From Tubiluchus corallicola (lineage: Eukaryota > Animalia > Priapulida), in contig JAQGDQ010000072.1 in assembly GCA_030141605.1 (NCBI GenBank), positions 186,001 through 250,000 on the forward strand: a stretch of DNA of 64,000 nt, written 5' to 3'. Numbering within the stretch: position 1 is the first letter of the stretch; each line of letters starts with the position of its first letter. Shown in pieces: positions 1-13,769 of this stretch. The notes beneath the pieces are model-generated. The model was not told the DNA's origin. It saw nothing but the letters and a program-made list of their open reading frames with translations, and searched no databases. The translations under genes were made by a program, and so were the position numbers.

Positions 1-389
1 TCATTTAGTATATATGTTGAGATATGTTATAACTTACATTCATAGTTCGAGAAAGCTTATAGTCTTAACGGCCTATTTTAGGCGTGCAAGTCCGTAATGT
101 GCATGTCCGTAAGTCTTGTGGCCATACCAAGTTTGCAAGTGCCAAACTGCAGATAAAGTAACAATTTTTCACTTTAGTTGTACATTCACAGCACGCGTCT
201 TGTATTTATAGATCTTCGTGTAGCTTTTGAAAACTCTATCATCCATATTTCAAACTAACTTGCTATTTTTCATATGATAGCAGCTTTAGGGTTAGCGTGT
301 AATTCTTGAGTTATTTGCTGATAATAATAGAGCTGATCCAATAATAGTATTCTGTATATATATCATAGTTTGAACATTTAAAAAATACT

Positions 390-3300
390 TTTATTCATTA
401 ACACTCAATTAAAATTTACAAATAGTGCACAAACATATAACAATACAACATATTACATTACAACACAATAAAATATTACATTAAGAATAAATAAAATTTT
501 TGAGCGATGGGGAGACACAAAAAGAAACACTGTTTACATGTGCGTTTTGTATTTGAGAAAATTATCGAGATCAGCTGAACACAATTTTTGCGGTATAATT
601 TAAAATTTTGCTGCTGTCACAAGCGGAGAACCATTCACAGAATTTAGAAGTGAACTTCATAGCATATGTGAACAATTCGTTTTGAAATCTTGTCCAAACT
701 GTTTTTAATTTGTTCTTTGTACAAATAATTTTAACGAATGGTTACTCCGCGTACGATCAGATGAAGCCCTAGTAAAAAACTTTTCAGCACTTTACTTCTT
801 TATGAATGATTTTTAACACATACATAGGTCATTTTGAATTCGTTTTTCTTCTGTCGACTTTAAACGTCAAACTATTAGTCTGTCGGGGTATGAGATTCGA
901 GCCATGCTACATCTAAAAAAGAGTTTACGTGTAAAATATCTTTGAACGCTCTCTACAATATCAATATCACCTAGCTGATATGGATGCCATTGTGGTGTAC
1001 AATATTTAACGATTGGTCCTACATGTTTTATACGCCCTAAGAAGAACGTCTTTATCATTTGTACTAAATATTCTAAAAATCGTATTAATTCTTCTGTTAG
1101 CTTTTAAGCTCACTTCAGTACAATGGACACTAGATTTTATGTTTGTGAAATGATCACGCACAACATTCACCGATTTAATTTCATTGTCTGAAACAAAATA
1201 GCTATTACGAGGATTATTTTTACCAATGTGAACATCACTACACTTTGGAATAGCTTTCTTTAATTGTCACATATTTGCCCATTAATAATACTATCTAATG
1301 CTCCCTGTATATCACATGACCCATCACACACAAGGTGTTGATACAATTTTACATCATCAGCAAAAAGCTTAAGATTTATAAGACTCACTCTTTCGAGGGA
1401 AATCATTGATGAAGAGCAAAAATAAACTGGTCCTCAAAACACTTCCTTGTGGTACACCTGACTTCTGACAGAAAACAAGCAATCCATTGTAACAGTGAAC
1501 CATGTATACCAAAGGACTGTAATTTGTGCAAAAGCTTTGTATGACTAATTGTATCAAAAGATTTTTTAAAGTCTATATAAATAATATCAGTATTTTTTCC
1601 AGATGTACTGCCAGGCTCTAGTCATACAAACATTCTAACAACTGCGAACATGCAGACTTGCCTGTCAGAAAACCATGTTCTTCACGAGATAAAAGATTTT
1701 TCATTCTCAGATATTTAATGACGTCTTCTGCAATAACCATCTCCACCAATTTACACGCTACACTAGTCAGTGATACTGGTCTGTAGTTGTTTGGATCAGA
1801 ACTCTTGCCTTTCTTGAATATTGGGCTTATATCTGCCAGTTTCCATGCTGCTGGTAAAGCACCATTCAACGAAAGACTTTCAAAAATAATTGATAGAGGT
1901 ACACATAATACACTGGCACGTTATTTTGTAAAATACAGCTGGGATTGCATCAGGAGTTCGACTTTTTTAGATTTTAACTACTTTACCATTTTCTTAATCA
2001 TGAAAGGGGGAAATTAACCAATCCTATGCCTACATCAGATGTGACTTTCATCTCAACAGCAGGTAAATTACCATCATCAACGGTGACATTTTTGGAAAAA
2101 CAGTCATTTAAAATCTTGGCTTTAGAATTCTCATCAATAGCTAAATTACCATTGGCACTATTCAAAGGAGAAACCTCATTATCATTACACCTTTGCTTAC
2201 GCATATGTTTAAAAACACATTTTTATCTGAATTCTTCAAAATTTTCTTTTCCCTGTTCATTTTGAGTTTCAACATTTAAACCTTTCATTTACCCTTGAAT
2301 ATTCTCTTTTGGTAACTTCAGAGAAATTTCTGTTTCTGTAAAGACGACGTTTTTTGCAATTATTCTACGAATACACACAGAATAACTGATTCATCCACAT
2401 GTGCTTTCACAGAAAACTTTAGTTGGAACATATCTGTCAATACAATGCTTAATACAATTTGTGTAAGTACTCCAAAAATCATGGACATCATAGCAATTTA
2501 CAAAAGTATCGTTCCAGTTTATAAATCATATCATCCCAGTCCGCATTATCATAATTCTTTCTAAAGCATTTATGGGTGGATTTCATTCTTGTAGGACCTT
2601 GACACATAAATGAGATTGCCGAGTGATCAATGGTTAGCATTTGTTCTATGACTTCAACATTATAAACAAATGCCTTATCTGTACAAAAGCACAGATGCAA
2701 AAACTATGCACGACCTGGAAAACTGTCAACTCTTGTTGGTGTTGTTACAAATTGAAAACGCCCCATCGAACAACTATTTCTAAAAAGACACTATATAAGT
2801 TCGAGCCCTCTGGACAACTAGGCCTACCAGACTCATCCTAAGTCAACATAGGTAAATTAAAAATCCCCAATAAGAACTGTGGGAAAATTCACATTTGTTA
2901 AATACTCCCTACAATTAAATAAACATTTAGGCTCTTCAATAACTACATTAGGAGGATGACACAGCACAACAATTCTGAACGGACAATCACCGGACACATC
3001 AACAGCAAAAATTTTAAGATTATCATAAATCACAGGTAGTTTGACTAAATATGTAGACAATAATATACTAATAAATAAAGCAACGCTTCCACCCCTAATG
3101 TCTCTATATCTGTCCTTTCTGAATACATTGTAATTGCACCCATTTGTTAGCATTCCAGTAGTGGTGCCGGACTTCAACTATATCTTCGTGAATGTCAGGA
3201 TATTGTAGGAAGACATGTTCAATAATACATGCAATTGCGGTGTTTAGCCTGGAATTACTCGATTGATGTTAGAACTCATTTGGGTATCTTCAGAAAAGGC

Positions 3301-3650
3301 TTATATCACCTCGTAGATCAGTTCTTTGTAATTGTACCACGCTTTCTAAAGATCCATAAAACTACCTTAAGCATTCCCGTAGCACGCCAGACAAACGTTT
3401 TTCTGCTTTTTCTCGACGACATTTCGGGAACATTTCAACACTGAAATCTGACCTTCTTATCTTTAACCTGTGATGTTCAGGTCCAACGTTCACCAAAATC
3501 TCCAAAACTTCGATTCATCTCCTCGCGACTTTTCATTTAATGTATTACAGGCTACTGTTACGCTACACGGTGTCCACGTCCTCTCGATTTTCTTGCCCGG
3601 CTACCATGCCAATCTAGGCCTGCCCGACTACCAATGCATGCATAAACATT
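390..3650 (-). mobile_element. Degenerate CR1-clade non-LTR retrotransposon (APE endonuclease + reverse transcriptase), many stops/frameshifts
   Basis: Minus-strand fragments in colinear order: APE (YNVFRKDR..RGGSVALFI...VLIGDF, 2857-3177; DHSAI, 2488-2700), linker (KAKILNDCF), RT (WKLADISPIFKKGKSSDPNNYRPVSLTSVACK, 1618-1869; SGVPQGSVL..LFLLFIND, 1369-1557; FADD near 1350-1366), C-terminal PQWHPY...IVESVQRYFTR (867-1058). Ends approximate. Confidence 0.9.
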
Positions 3651-3830
3651 GACTCCTAGTTCAATGTTGTTCAATATCTTCAACCACAGCAGCGTTTAGT
3701 TGACAATTTTGCACTTCATAACAGAGAATCTGGTAAGAAATACAAGTGCACGCTTCGTATATGAAGATATAGATGAATACTTTTACTTTTCGGTAATAGC
3801 CTAGAGATAAACATCTTAATTACTGAATAA

Positions 3831-4173
3831 TATTGTTGCGGAGGCGCCAAAGTGGTCCGGGGTTCAAATGTGGATCGGTCAAACCATATTGTAGATGTTG
3901 TTGTTGAGGAATGAATCAGACATAAAAAGTTAAAACGTAAAATTAAAGTGAGAACTAGCCAGAATTTTTTTCTGCGTTCCCCATACTGATTATAACTACA
4001 GAACGTGGTAAAAGCACCTGTCCGTCTGCCGCCTTAACTGACGAAGGTATTCCATACCAGCTACTTATAGCTGCTCTGCAGTGCTGGTATGCATTGGCTT
4101 CCTAATGGATCGAACCATCACAATGTAGAGGGAAGCGGTCGAAAACAAATGGCATTTCACCCCCGTAGCAATA
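3831..4173. repeat. Short dispersed repeat (MITE/SINE-like); 3' part recurs at ~44680-44773
   Basis: 4080-4173 (tggcttcctaatggatcgaaccatcacaatgta...aaatggcatttcacccccgtagcaata) aligns by eye with 44680-44773. Weak terminal inverted similarity tattgttgcggagg / cccccgtagcaata. Confidence 0.5.
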
Positions 4174-7100
4174 TTTAGTAAAAATGCAAGTTGTTTTTCG
4201 TGTCTTTGGCCCATTGCTACGGTGATCCATTGCTATGGTTATTTGTTGCTATGTGATACATTTGGTTCACTGTTGTGGAGTGCAAAACTGTCCTCACTAT
4301 TGCTATGGTGATCTGTTGCTATGGTAAATTCTGTTAATACATCCAGCTTTCTATTGCAGCTTGGCTGGGGGCAAGAGACTGCCGTGTCCTCTGACTAATG
4401 AAACTTGTGGACTTGTTGATAATAATCGGCTCACTCAATAAAAATCGTTTTAATAAATTTTAATAAAGTAGTTACGTTTACAACTTTACTGATATTTATT
4501 CAATTTTATGATTTTGAACCATGTTCTATTTGCGATTGAATTTCCGCTTAGGTGAGCAACTGCACTTGGTTTTGGTATGAGTAGCACTTAATATTGGTTT
4601 TCATTTATCTGTTAGTCAAAGCATTTACCACTTTTACAAGATCTAAAATCAGTCTACCAGTTGTTGTGTGATAGTATGTGTGTCTTTCTTCCACAATTCT
4701 TTAGTTCCTGGCAACATACTGCAAGTGAGTGTAGTCCAGTGACCAAGAGCGATTTTTGAAAACTGTCGGGTGAAAACACTTTATTCAAAACGTTTTGAAA
4801 CCTTAATTTAGTGTGAAAACGGCATTAATTATGTTAATTAGTATTTTAATGAAAAAATATAATATAATTGCATTGCAAGTATTTTTCGCGATACTGAAAC
4901 TTCACTGCATAATAGTTTAAACTTAAAAACATTATCTTGCCGACTATGACTTGTGGTTGATTTCAAATTATACTTAGAGTAGCAACTTGTTTTGTCACCT
5001 TGTGCCAACCAGTACAAGTCATATGCTAATATAAAGAAAAATTTTTATTTCTTTATGATTCAAAGAATACATGAGAAGTGTTTAAATGGATGAATACCAC
5101 CATCTCTGAATTATGGATTGAAATGATTGAAATTGTGTCTTAGCAAAATGGTAGAAACAGTGAGCCAAACAAAATCAAGGGCTATTTTCTTAGCATAATT
5201 ATAAGAAACTTTGTGAAACAGTATCTAGCATAAAGTAAAATGATCTTGCTAAGCATCACACTTTTAAATAACTTAAATAACCTGTTATTGATATGTATAT
5301 AGACTATTAATTGATACTATGAGTGAGTGCGTCTCATTGATACTATAATAAAATGGTTGAAAACAGTAACTATGTTACTAATGGAAATACACGTAAGTGG
5401 TGAAAATTCTAATAAAACTGACATTTTAGATGTTCAACTTTTCACATCTCCGTGGGACTCTGCGGCTCTTTCTGCAACCATACCGCTCTCCTTTTGCATC
5501 TACCTCGATTACATAAGGTGGAGAAAACTATGGGCAAAAAGCTAGATAGCTTCACCGCGTACATCACAGGTATTTCATGGGTATTTCTGTAGTAGTCTGT
5601 GGGCTAGATCCGTCACCAAGACGCTAACTTTTAGTAACTGGGACATTTTCTCTGGTATTCAGTGTCACAAAAGCAGAATCTTGTCGTTGTTTTGACAACG
5701 TCTATAGACAACGGTCAACACGTCTACTACTTACAGTTACTTTGAGGAAACTGCATTAAAATATATTGATGTAAACCTGAGACAGAATGCAATGAAAATA
5801 TGACAATGTTGTCAACAGTTTTTAGCGGTTTCATTCCAGTGAGTGCTCTTGTATAGATCTGTGAGTTATATTAATGTAACTCAGTTATAGGCGGAAAATC
5901 ACGCCTATTGTAATACAAGTCACTAGAGCATTGCAACTCTTTTAAATCTACAAATCGAATTACGAACGTCAGCTTGAAAAGCGGCTTACTGCAAAATGCA
6001 CTGAGCGTTTTCAAAGAAGCTGCTTTAGCAACGCAGGTGTAGTGCTGCACTATGATTTTTTTAAAGCAATGTATAAAAAGTAGGTTTCTTCAGTTGATTC
6101 GAAGGGTGTTACTTTTATCGTGCTATAAAACTACATGCAAGAAGAATCGTTAGGTTTTTGAATAAACGGACTAGTGTGTGGTCTACTCGGTCCAACATTT
6201 TTAATAGTATAGCGTCAAACGACAGGCAATTAAGATTATGTCAATCTTCTTAAATTTTATCATATTTGCCGTTAGGATTTTACAATATTAGCAGAATATT
6301 CTTATTTTCAAACAGTTTACTTATTTACTAAGATACTGAAATAGTTGTTGGAAAGCAGACGTTCGTTTATTGTTTTTCCAATTTTGAAAATCTAATAATT
6401 CCAAATCATGAAGCTTACAAGGTAAGCACCTTGGGTAGCCACAGAATGGTATTAGAATGGTGACCACTTAGTCAAAGGTCACAGTTACAGGAGCCGTTAA
6501 GTGAATATTGGGGCTCTGTCATTCAATTCTTCTTACAGTATTTTACTAGGAGCCAAAGTTTATGCATGTGTAGGTAACCGAGTTGGCGCTCGGTTAATAT
6601 TTTTCGAAAAGTGGGCTTGGCCATATCACATGGTATGAGCAAAAGTGTTAAAATAGAATAAAAAAAATACCACAAGTGTGGTAACTAGATTCACGAAACT
6701 TGCAAGGTAAATATATGAGGTGGCTGCTCAGTAAACGGTACAGAAAAGATGAAAGGTCGCAGGTTACAGTGATAGAAGCCAAAATGTGAAAATTAAGGTA
6801 AATGGCTTTGTCACTCAGCTCCTCTAAGACCTCTTGCATTATTGGTCCGGGAGTCTACATTTTTGTTATCTGAAATTAACGTTTTAATGTCTAATCACTC
6901 ACTTTTTTGTGCTTTGCATCTCCGTCTGTTTTTTACACATTGTCTGCTCGCTTGTATGCCCGGTAAATGTCTGTAGTTTTTTTGAAATGTTTGATTGTCA
7001 TTAAATCTCTTCAAAAACTGTCAAAATTTAAATTAATGATACCTATTGTAGCTCGTGGTAGAGCAGAGATCAGCATGGATTGTAGAATATTGAAGAATTC

Positions 7101-7429
7101 TGGTAAAATCCCTATAGTTAGTGGAGCGAGGTACATTTCTCCGTCGTAGTAGTAGTCATTCAAACTTTGCATCAGCATAGCTTCAAACCACAGTTATGAT
7201 ACCATCTCCTATTATTGTTACTCAATCTCTCAATAAATGGGCATGGAAACATAATAAAGATTGGAACTCTGAAGATTTAGTGCCGCCAGCCACTGTTGGG
7301 CCCATTTCACAGTGAGGACGTATTTCCGATTTTTTCTCGAAATCGCATGCAGGAAGAAAGTTCATTTCACAGTGAAACCACGCGGTTTTTTCGGCAAGTC
7401 CAATTAGCTGCAGCTACTTTTTAATATAA

Positions 7430-8050
7430 TAATAATAAGTTTATTTGGAAGTGTAAATACAAATACAATATCAGGAAACACTGGGAAAAATACATATTAA
7501 TAATAATGACTATATGACAGCGTGCATAGGATAAGTGGCAAGAACCAGAAGTAAAACTTGTTAGGTGCTTGCACCATTATAAACACGTCCAAATAATGAG
7601 AAAAAAACAAAAAAACCGAAGGTTTTTAGGCAATTTAAAGAAAGAGTTGTGTAAAGTAAGGATAGAAGTGATAGATAAAAGAATGTTCAAAGGGTAGGAA
7701 AAGTGGCTTGTGGAGATTCGGCACATGAGATGACGAAGCACTCTGGATTCTACTCAAAAAGAACACAAAGTTTCGAGTTTTATACTGCATAATCATGTCT
7801 AACTGAAGTTATACTTGCCGTAATTAAAATATATTGGTGGAGAATTTGCAGAAAAATTACCTGGCAGATGAGACAGGGGGTCGAAAAATAGAAGAATATA
7901 TAAATGAGGGCATTGACGAATTGGAGAAGTTGTCTGACTAGTACACTACGGTATACAGCAAAGCAAACCTGCCCACCTGCAAACTTTAAAATTGGGACAC
8001 GTAGGTGGATCTACTGCTGCAGCAAGGTCATCAGCAGACATCGAATCTGA
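7430..8050 (-). mobile_element. Degenerate L2/CR1-type LINE 3' fragment
   Basis: Minus strand shows a decayed post-RT region ending in aataaac plus a (TTA)n-like tail near 7430-7445; weak protein-level resemblance only. Confidence 0.4.
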
Positions 8051-8059
8051 CAACATGCA

Positions 8060-10065
8060 TTTGCCATGGGTTACACCACCTGCAAAACCTGTCAAGAGTG
8101 ATTTCTGGTAAAATTTCTCGTCCGAGGCAAAATTATCATGCAGGAAATGTCGACAGCAGGTCTAGGCTGGGACGACGACCTTGATGAAAACTTGCAATGG
8201 AAAGCCAAAATGTGGTTTACAGAATTGACTGAGTGCCAGAAATTCATATTCCGAGATGTTTGGTCACGGGGGGGGCGCAGATTCAAACACACTGCACACA
8301 TTCGTAGACGCATCGCAAGAAGCCTATGCAGCAGTTAGCTATCTACGTTGTACCTGCCCTGATGGAACTATATCGTGTCGAATCATCACAGCAAAGTCTC
8401 ATGTAGCCCCTTTGATTGCAACTAGTATTCCGCGACTAGAAATGATGGCTGCAATACTGAGGCTACGACTTACGGACCACATAGCTGGAGCACTAAATAT
8501 GGAACTGAAAAATGCAATTTTTTGATGTGATAGTATGAACGTTTCGTGGAGGATAATCGTATAGGCGAAATTCAGAATCAAACATTTCCACATCAATCGC
8601 AGCATGTCACATCGAAAGAGAATGCTGCTGATGCCACAACTAGAGGAAAAACTGCAGGTCAATTTAGCCATGATGAACACTGGTGGAGCGGACCGAAATT
8701 TCTTCACAAGAGCGAGTAAGAATGGCCGTCTAAGATTATAGAATTTCAGCAAGTGGATGACGCAGAACTTAGAAAACCAACAAAAACTAGACGTGTATCT
8801 AATCGTGAAGCTGCTGAAACTTACATTACTGGACCAGTACAGAACCAGGGCCAGACGAATTGCAAGACGCCGAGATAAGCATTGCACGAAACATACAACG
8901 TGAAACCTTTTCACTGGAATACTCCAGAATAACCAACAGTTGCCGAAAAATAGCAATTTATTGAAGCTGCAACCTAGATTAGAGGAGGATTGGGGTTATT
9001 CGCAGCTAAGGATGTCTCATTCACGCAGAATCGCAGAATACTTATCGTACAATGCACGCCATCCTATCTGCCTAAGAATAGCTGGGTAACCAAATTGATA
9101 ATTGGACATCATCATGAATTGGCTCATCATGCAATAGGGGTGAATCTGACTCTTGCTTCACTGTCAGCTCGATATTGGATAATCTCTGGCAGGGACGAAA
9201 TCAGCAAATTTGAGAAAGACTGTGCAAAATGCTGCAAGCAGAAATCTCAAACTGCAAGGCAAGTGATGTCACCAATTCCAGAGATCAGAGTGAAACTGCC
9301 TTTACGAGCTTTTACAAGGACAGCAGTGGATTTTTCTGAGCCTTTTATTCAGTTCAAGGAAGAGGAAGACGTCTACAAAAACGCTAGCTTTGTCTCTTCA
9401 CTTGTATGACATCGCGGACAGTGCAGTTAGAGATAGCCTTTGGCCTTCTCACGGATTCTTTATTACACCCCTTCTATCTCAGAGGTTTACCAACTAAGAT
9501 GCTTTCTGACAGCGATTTAAGCTTCGTAGGAGCGAACAATGAACTGCAAAATCTATTAGCGAAATTAGATGAAGAGAAGATTCAGCTAACACCTGCAAAC
9601 CAAGGTATTAAGTGGTACTTTAGCCCGCATTTAGCACCCCATTTTGGAGGCGCCTAGAAAATAATGGTGAAAGCTGCAAAACGAGCCATATAATTCGCTA
9701 TTCTCGGAAACGCTGACATCACGGATGAAGAACTCATGATAGCATTTACCGGAGCAGAAGCACTATTAAATTCCAAACCACTGACGTACCAATGAGTAGA
9801 TGAGAAAGATGACGTTCCGTTGACGCCAAACCATTTTTTATTTGGGCAAGTTGGTGGACAATTCGCGCCCGAATCAGTGGATAATACAGACTTTAATCCT
9901 AGAAAGCGTATCCAGGAACTAATACGTCACTTTTGGAAAAGATGGAGGAGAGAGTGGCTTCCAGGACTCAACAGACGCAGTAAATGGAATCGCGTGCAAA
10001 GAGACATTCAAGTAAACGACATCGTACTTGTCATATCTCCAGATACACCGAGAAGACAGTGGCCT
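8060..10065 (+). mobile_element. BEL/Pao LTR retrotransposon pol fragment (RNase H/Peptidase_A17-type region, integrase zinc finger, integrase core, DUF5641-type C-terminus), pseudogenised
   Basis: GLGWDDDL; LHTFVDASQEAYAAVSYLR...AKSHVAPL..SIPRLE (8256-8525); HHELAH..G...L.ARYWII..R......C..C (8990-9409); PF/TAVDF; SDS..SFVGA; W.FSP.LAPHFGG (9406-9657); TPNHFL...FWKRWRREWL...R.KW...V.DIVLV (9820-10065). Confidence 0.92.
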
Positions 10066-10260
10066 ATATTACTTCCATCAATGTGTTGGATAAAAATAGT
10101 TCCATCTGATCTTAAAGAGGTGAATGTTATCCCAATTCATAAATTTGGGTCAAAAAAATCACAAAATGAATTACCGACCACTATTAATGTTACTACTGAT
10201 ATCTGAAATTTTTGAACAAAATAGCTGTGACAACGTGTTTAAAGACATATTGAGTCTTTA
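10066..10260 (+). mobile_element. CR1/L2-type RT fragment fused to the BEL fragment
   Basis: VPSDLKEVNVIPIHKFGSK followed by a frameshifted NYRP...ISEIFE motif. Confidence 0.6.
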
Positions 10261-10319
10261 TCAAGAGTCCCGCCTAAAATTTTAGCGCATGAATTCATGT
10301 GAAATTCTGCTTTAGTTTC

Positions 10320-10807
10320 TTTGTTTAATACTTAAAGGATATGATTACCCAATGAACTCGATTTTAATCACTATAATAATCAAGACAGTGGATTATTTAC
10401 GATTCTCGCAATGCTATGCTGGCGATTACGTAAACAAACTCATAGGGAAAAATAACGGTTAAAGCGACTATATAGAAATGGTCCACGTAGTCAATACAAA
10501 TGATTCGAATCTAACTGGAAAAACTAACGTATGAAATATAACATTTACTCAACGGTGACAGGGCCCACTAGTACTGTCCGGAGTGATGGATGCCATCAGC
10601 AATGCTCCTGCCACTACGACCACTCGACAACCGTACCTTACCACGTATCCTATCCGTGGTACCAGACCACGTATCGTACCACATTTCCTTCCACGTATCG
10701 CCAGCCGTGTTCCGGCCGCTCCTCCCCCAACAAAAAAATTAAACACGGAAAATGTGCAGTTGTGCACTACATATAACCTGCTCTGCCTAAATGTCTTACC
10801 AGCTTAA
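10320..10807 (+). mobile_element. Possible decayed DIRS/Ngaro gag-like remnant
   Basis: WIIYDSR (near 10388-10410) resembles the DIRS gag WxxYDxxFR motif; followed by a Pro/Arg-rich stretch and QLCTTYNLLC (ORF 10583-10807). Confidence 0.35.
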
Positions 10808-10967
10808 CTTTCACAATGAGGACGCGCAGCAAAATGTTTCTCTTTTAACAGACTGATAATTTTATATTTTATTAATGCAACATCGAGGCCTATATTCGTG
10901 AAAAAGAATAATAACGAATATTTACTTTATGTATGTTTACTTTCAGATTTTGGCAAGGTTAGTAGAA

Positions 10968-12146
10968 CATATATATATATATATATATGAAACCGACGAC
11001 GGCACCATTCTCGACGATCTATACGTCAAACGAAAGGTCTTCACCCACTGATTCGCACCTGGGGGTTTATTTTTCGAATCGGGCTCACTGGGAGGAACAG
11101 GGGGCAAAATCCTCCAAAAATCTCCCGTTTTTCGTGAAAAATTGCAATGGTTGAATTGTCCGTTCAACGGTGGGTGCTATAGTATTGTACTGCAGGGCTG
11201 AGATGAGATGAAGTGTAATGCTGGCAGGGGAATACAGCGGACTTCTCAGGTGTGCGTGTGAACGTAGCTTTTAGCACATAGACTCTTATTCTGACCTTGT
11301 GTTAGTAGGAGCCACTAGTCACGTGCACACCTGAGCTTATAAAAAGGGTAGGTCTGCTGTAGATCCTTGTCAGTGGTCGTCTCATCTCAGCTCTGTTCAC
11401 ATTTCAGGCTTTGCTCTATTCTACTCTGTTCGGTAAGCTATTTGGAATATTTTATAATAAATTGTCATTTTGATTTTATTATTCATTTTGGTTTTGGTTT
11501 GGCATTGACTTAGTTGAGACATGCCGCACGGTGTAGGCCGCGGTGCCATCCGTTCTGCCTCCATTGAAAGCGGAGAGCAGTCCAGTATATTTAGATTTCG
11601 CAGGAGGGCCACTAATACCCGTTACGGCCGTTTTCCCGAGCCAGGTATTCTAATGTGTTATAGATTGCACATGCGAGTAAGTTCTGTTAGCTTATTATCA
11701 TCTGAGAAGCAGCAAAACAAAACTATGTTGAATTTTCGCGCATTATTGATTATTGGTAGATAGACTTAAGAGCATTTGCTATAGCACACAGTTTCGACTT
11801 TGTGCAAAATATTTTGACCGTTTTTGCTGCGATGCTGTTCTTGTGTTGGTATTGGTGTTGTAGGTGTCGTCATTACTGTCGTCATCACCATCATAGTCAT
11901 CAGCATCATGATCACCATGATCACCATATGAAGTGGTGGGTGTGGTGTGTACTGTGGATGGTGTGGTGGGGTGGAGTGCTGTGGTGTGAGTGGTGTGGTG
12001 TAGTGTGTTGTGAGTTGTGTGGAGGGTTGGTGTGATGGGGTAGTGTGAGTGGTGTGTTGTAAGTGGGGTGGTGGGTGGTAGTGTAGTGTGGTGTGCGTTG
12101 TTGTTGTGAGTTTATGCGCAAAGTTATTTTTGCGGGGTTTGGCTAG
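10968..12146 (+). mobile_element. Putative non-autonomous Helitron-like element containing a nested insert and a GT-rich low-complexity tract
   Basis: 3' end has a hairpin cgcaaag-ttat-ttttgcg (12117-12134), 8 nt, then CTAG|T (12143-12147), the canonical Helitron 3' signature. The 5' end is assumed at the (TA)n run at ~10970 and lacks a clean TC. Confidence 0.4.
11171..11621 (+). mobile_element. Solo-LTR-like insert with long internal hairpin
   Basis: Termini TGGGTGCTATAGT...ACTAATACCCG with imperfect flanking duplication caacgg/ttacgg; CACCTG then TATAAAAAGG at ~11338; AATAAA at ~11456; nested inverted repeats 11193-11396. Confidence 0.5.
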
Positions 12147-12147
12147 T

Positions 12148-12179
<32 letters not shown>

Positions 12180-12779
12180 AATAGAAGACGCAGAAATAAT
12201 ATTATGTTATAAATATAAAACGGGTGTACTCAGTGTAGTTCTATAAAACGTTTATACATCTTGCACATCCACGATCCATGGCTTCCTTTCCAATAGTTGT
12301 AGCTGTTATTCAAAATATTGAGAAGTTACACCACGTTAATAGGCCAGATTGATTAGAATGTTTTTAGAAACACGTGTCAGACAGCGTTTAACATAAATGT
12401 TTATATTCTAGTATACACATGGTGCAAATCCACGCATTAGCTACAGTGTAACAAAGTGAAGCCGGGGGTTTGATTTGTTAGACATTTCCTTGCACATTCT
12501 GTTAGAAATTTTTTCGAAAGCTTAATTAAATTTCAGAACTTTTGTGCTGACGTTTTTAGTACTGACGAAAAACATTCGCTGAAACAACACAGCCATTGTG
12601 AGAGTTATGAGTCACTTAAATTCACTGCTCAGGGGCACCTTAACTATTAGGCTAATAAGGCTATAATATAATATAGCCTTCGACCCTAAATTTTACTATG
12701 CCTTTGGAGTTCTGAGACCGATGACTAATTAAGCAGGATAGCAAACTTATCTAAATTTAACGTGCTAAAGACAAATATT

Positions 12780-13330
12780 TTTTGTGCATTGCCAGTAAGC
12801 ACATGAGCGATTGATTTAATCGTATTGAACACAAACTTACACACACTTGGACACAGTTAGTTTTGGATACATGGGTTACTTGGATACAGTGGCAATTTAA
12901 ACAAAATAATTCAACACTTTGTCAGAACAATAAGGACATTTAGATTTGTGCAGCATATTTCTCGTTGTCCAACGTTTTAGATTCTCTATTATAGGAAGCC
13001 TCAATGATGAACAGCAACTCGCATTTTGGTCAACCAGACGAAAAGGCATTATACACAAAATCAATACCATTCATCACGAGGGAACGACAAAAGCTTTTGT
13101 AAGACTATATAAAAACTGAAGCGTTAATAAAAACTATTTTTAATACTTTCCAAGAAGTTTAATGGCAATCTGACTTGTGCATAAGTCTGATATTTTATTT
13201 TAAGCTATTATTTAACAAAACTAATACATTTTGTGCTGAAAAATTCCATGTGAATAAATTTCAGCAGTATAGCAAATTGGATACTTGTGCATTGGTTACA
13301 CATTTAGGACGTTAGTTTGTTAACAGGCCC
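12780..13330 (-). mobile_element. Possible decayed LINE 3' fragment
   Basis: Minus strand shows a weak L.IE..RW...C..C...VE-like C-terminal pattern; heavily degraded. Confidence 0.3.
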
Positions 13331-13769
13331 CGTGAAACCCTTAATCCTTCCTGTCTATAATACGTCTATAATTTTCTTATTAACTGTATAGTTAAAAGTT
13401 TGAAATTTTTGCTATAAGTAACCGGATAAATTTATTTTCAACTTTAATAGTGAGTAGAAGCTGGAGGAAAATGTTAGATGTATTACTGCCGGTAGTTGTA
13501 ATTTAAAAAACCTAATTGTTTTACATCTTGTTCTTAAAGAAAATACTGCGATTTTTCAGACCTTTCCCCATTTTGACGCATGTCTACAATAATAATTTTA
13601 TTACATGATGATAATTATCAATGCAATAATTATCAAAATATTTCTGATAACTAAATGATAGTTTCAAAATTTGTTTATTGGCCGGTGAGTGCAGTGTCAA
13701 GGAAACTTTATTTCTAATGCCTCTGTGTGAGCATTCATTTTAAATTATGATATTCCACGCTTCCCTTCT

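Noticed and set aside
4030-4075. CTGACGA-stem motif as a hammerhead (similar motif at ~62785)
   Set aside because: No GAAA or UH element after the stem.
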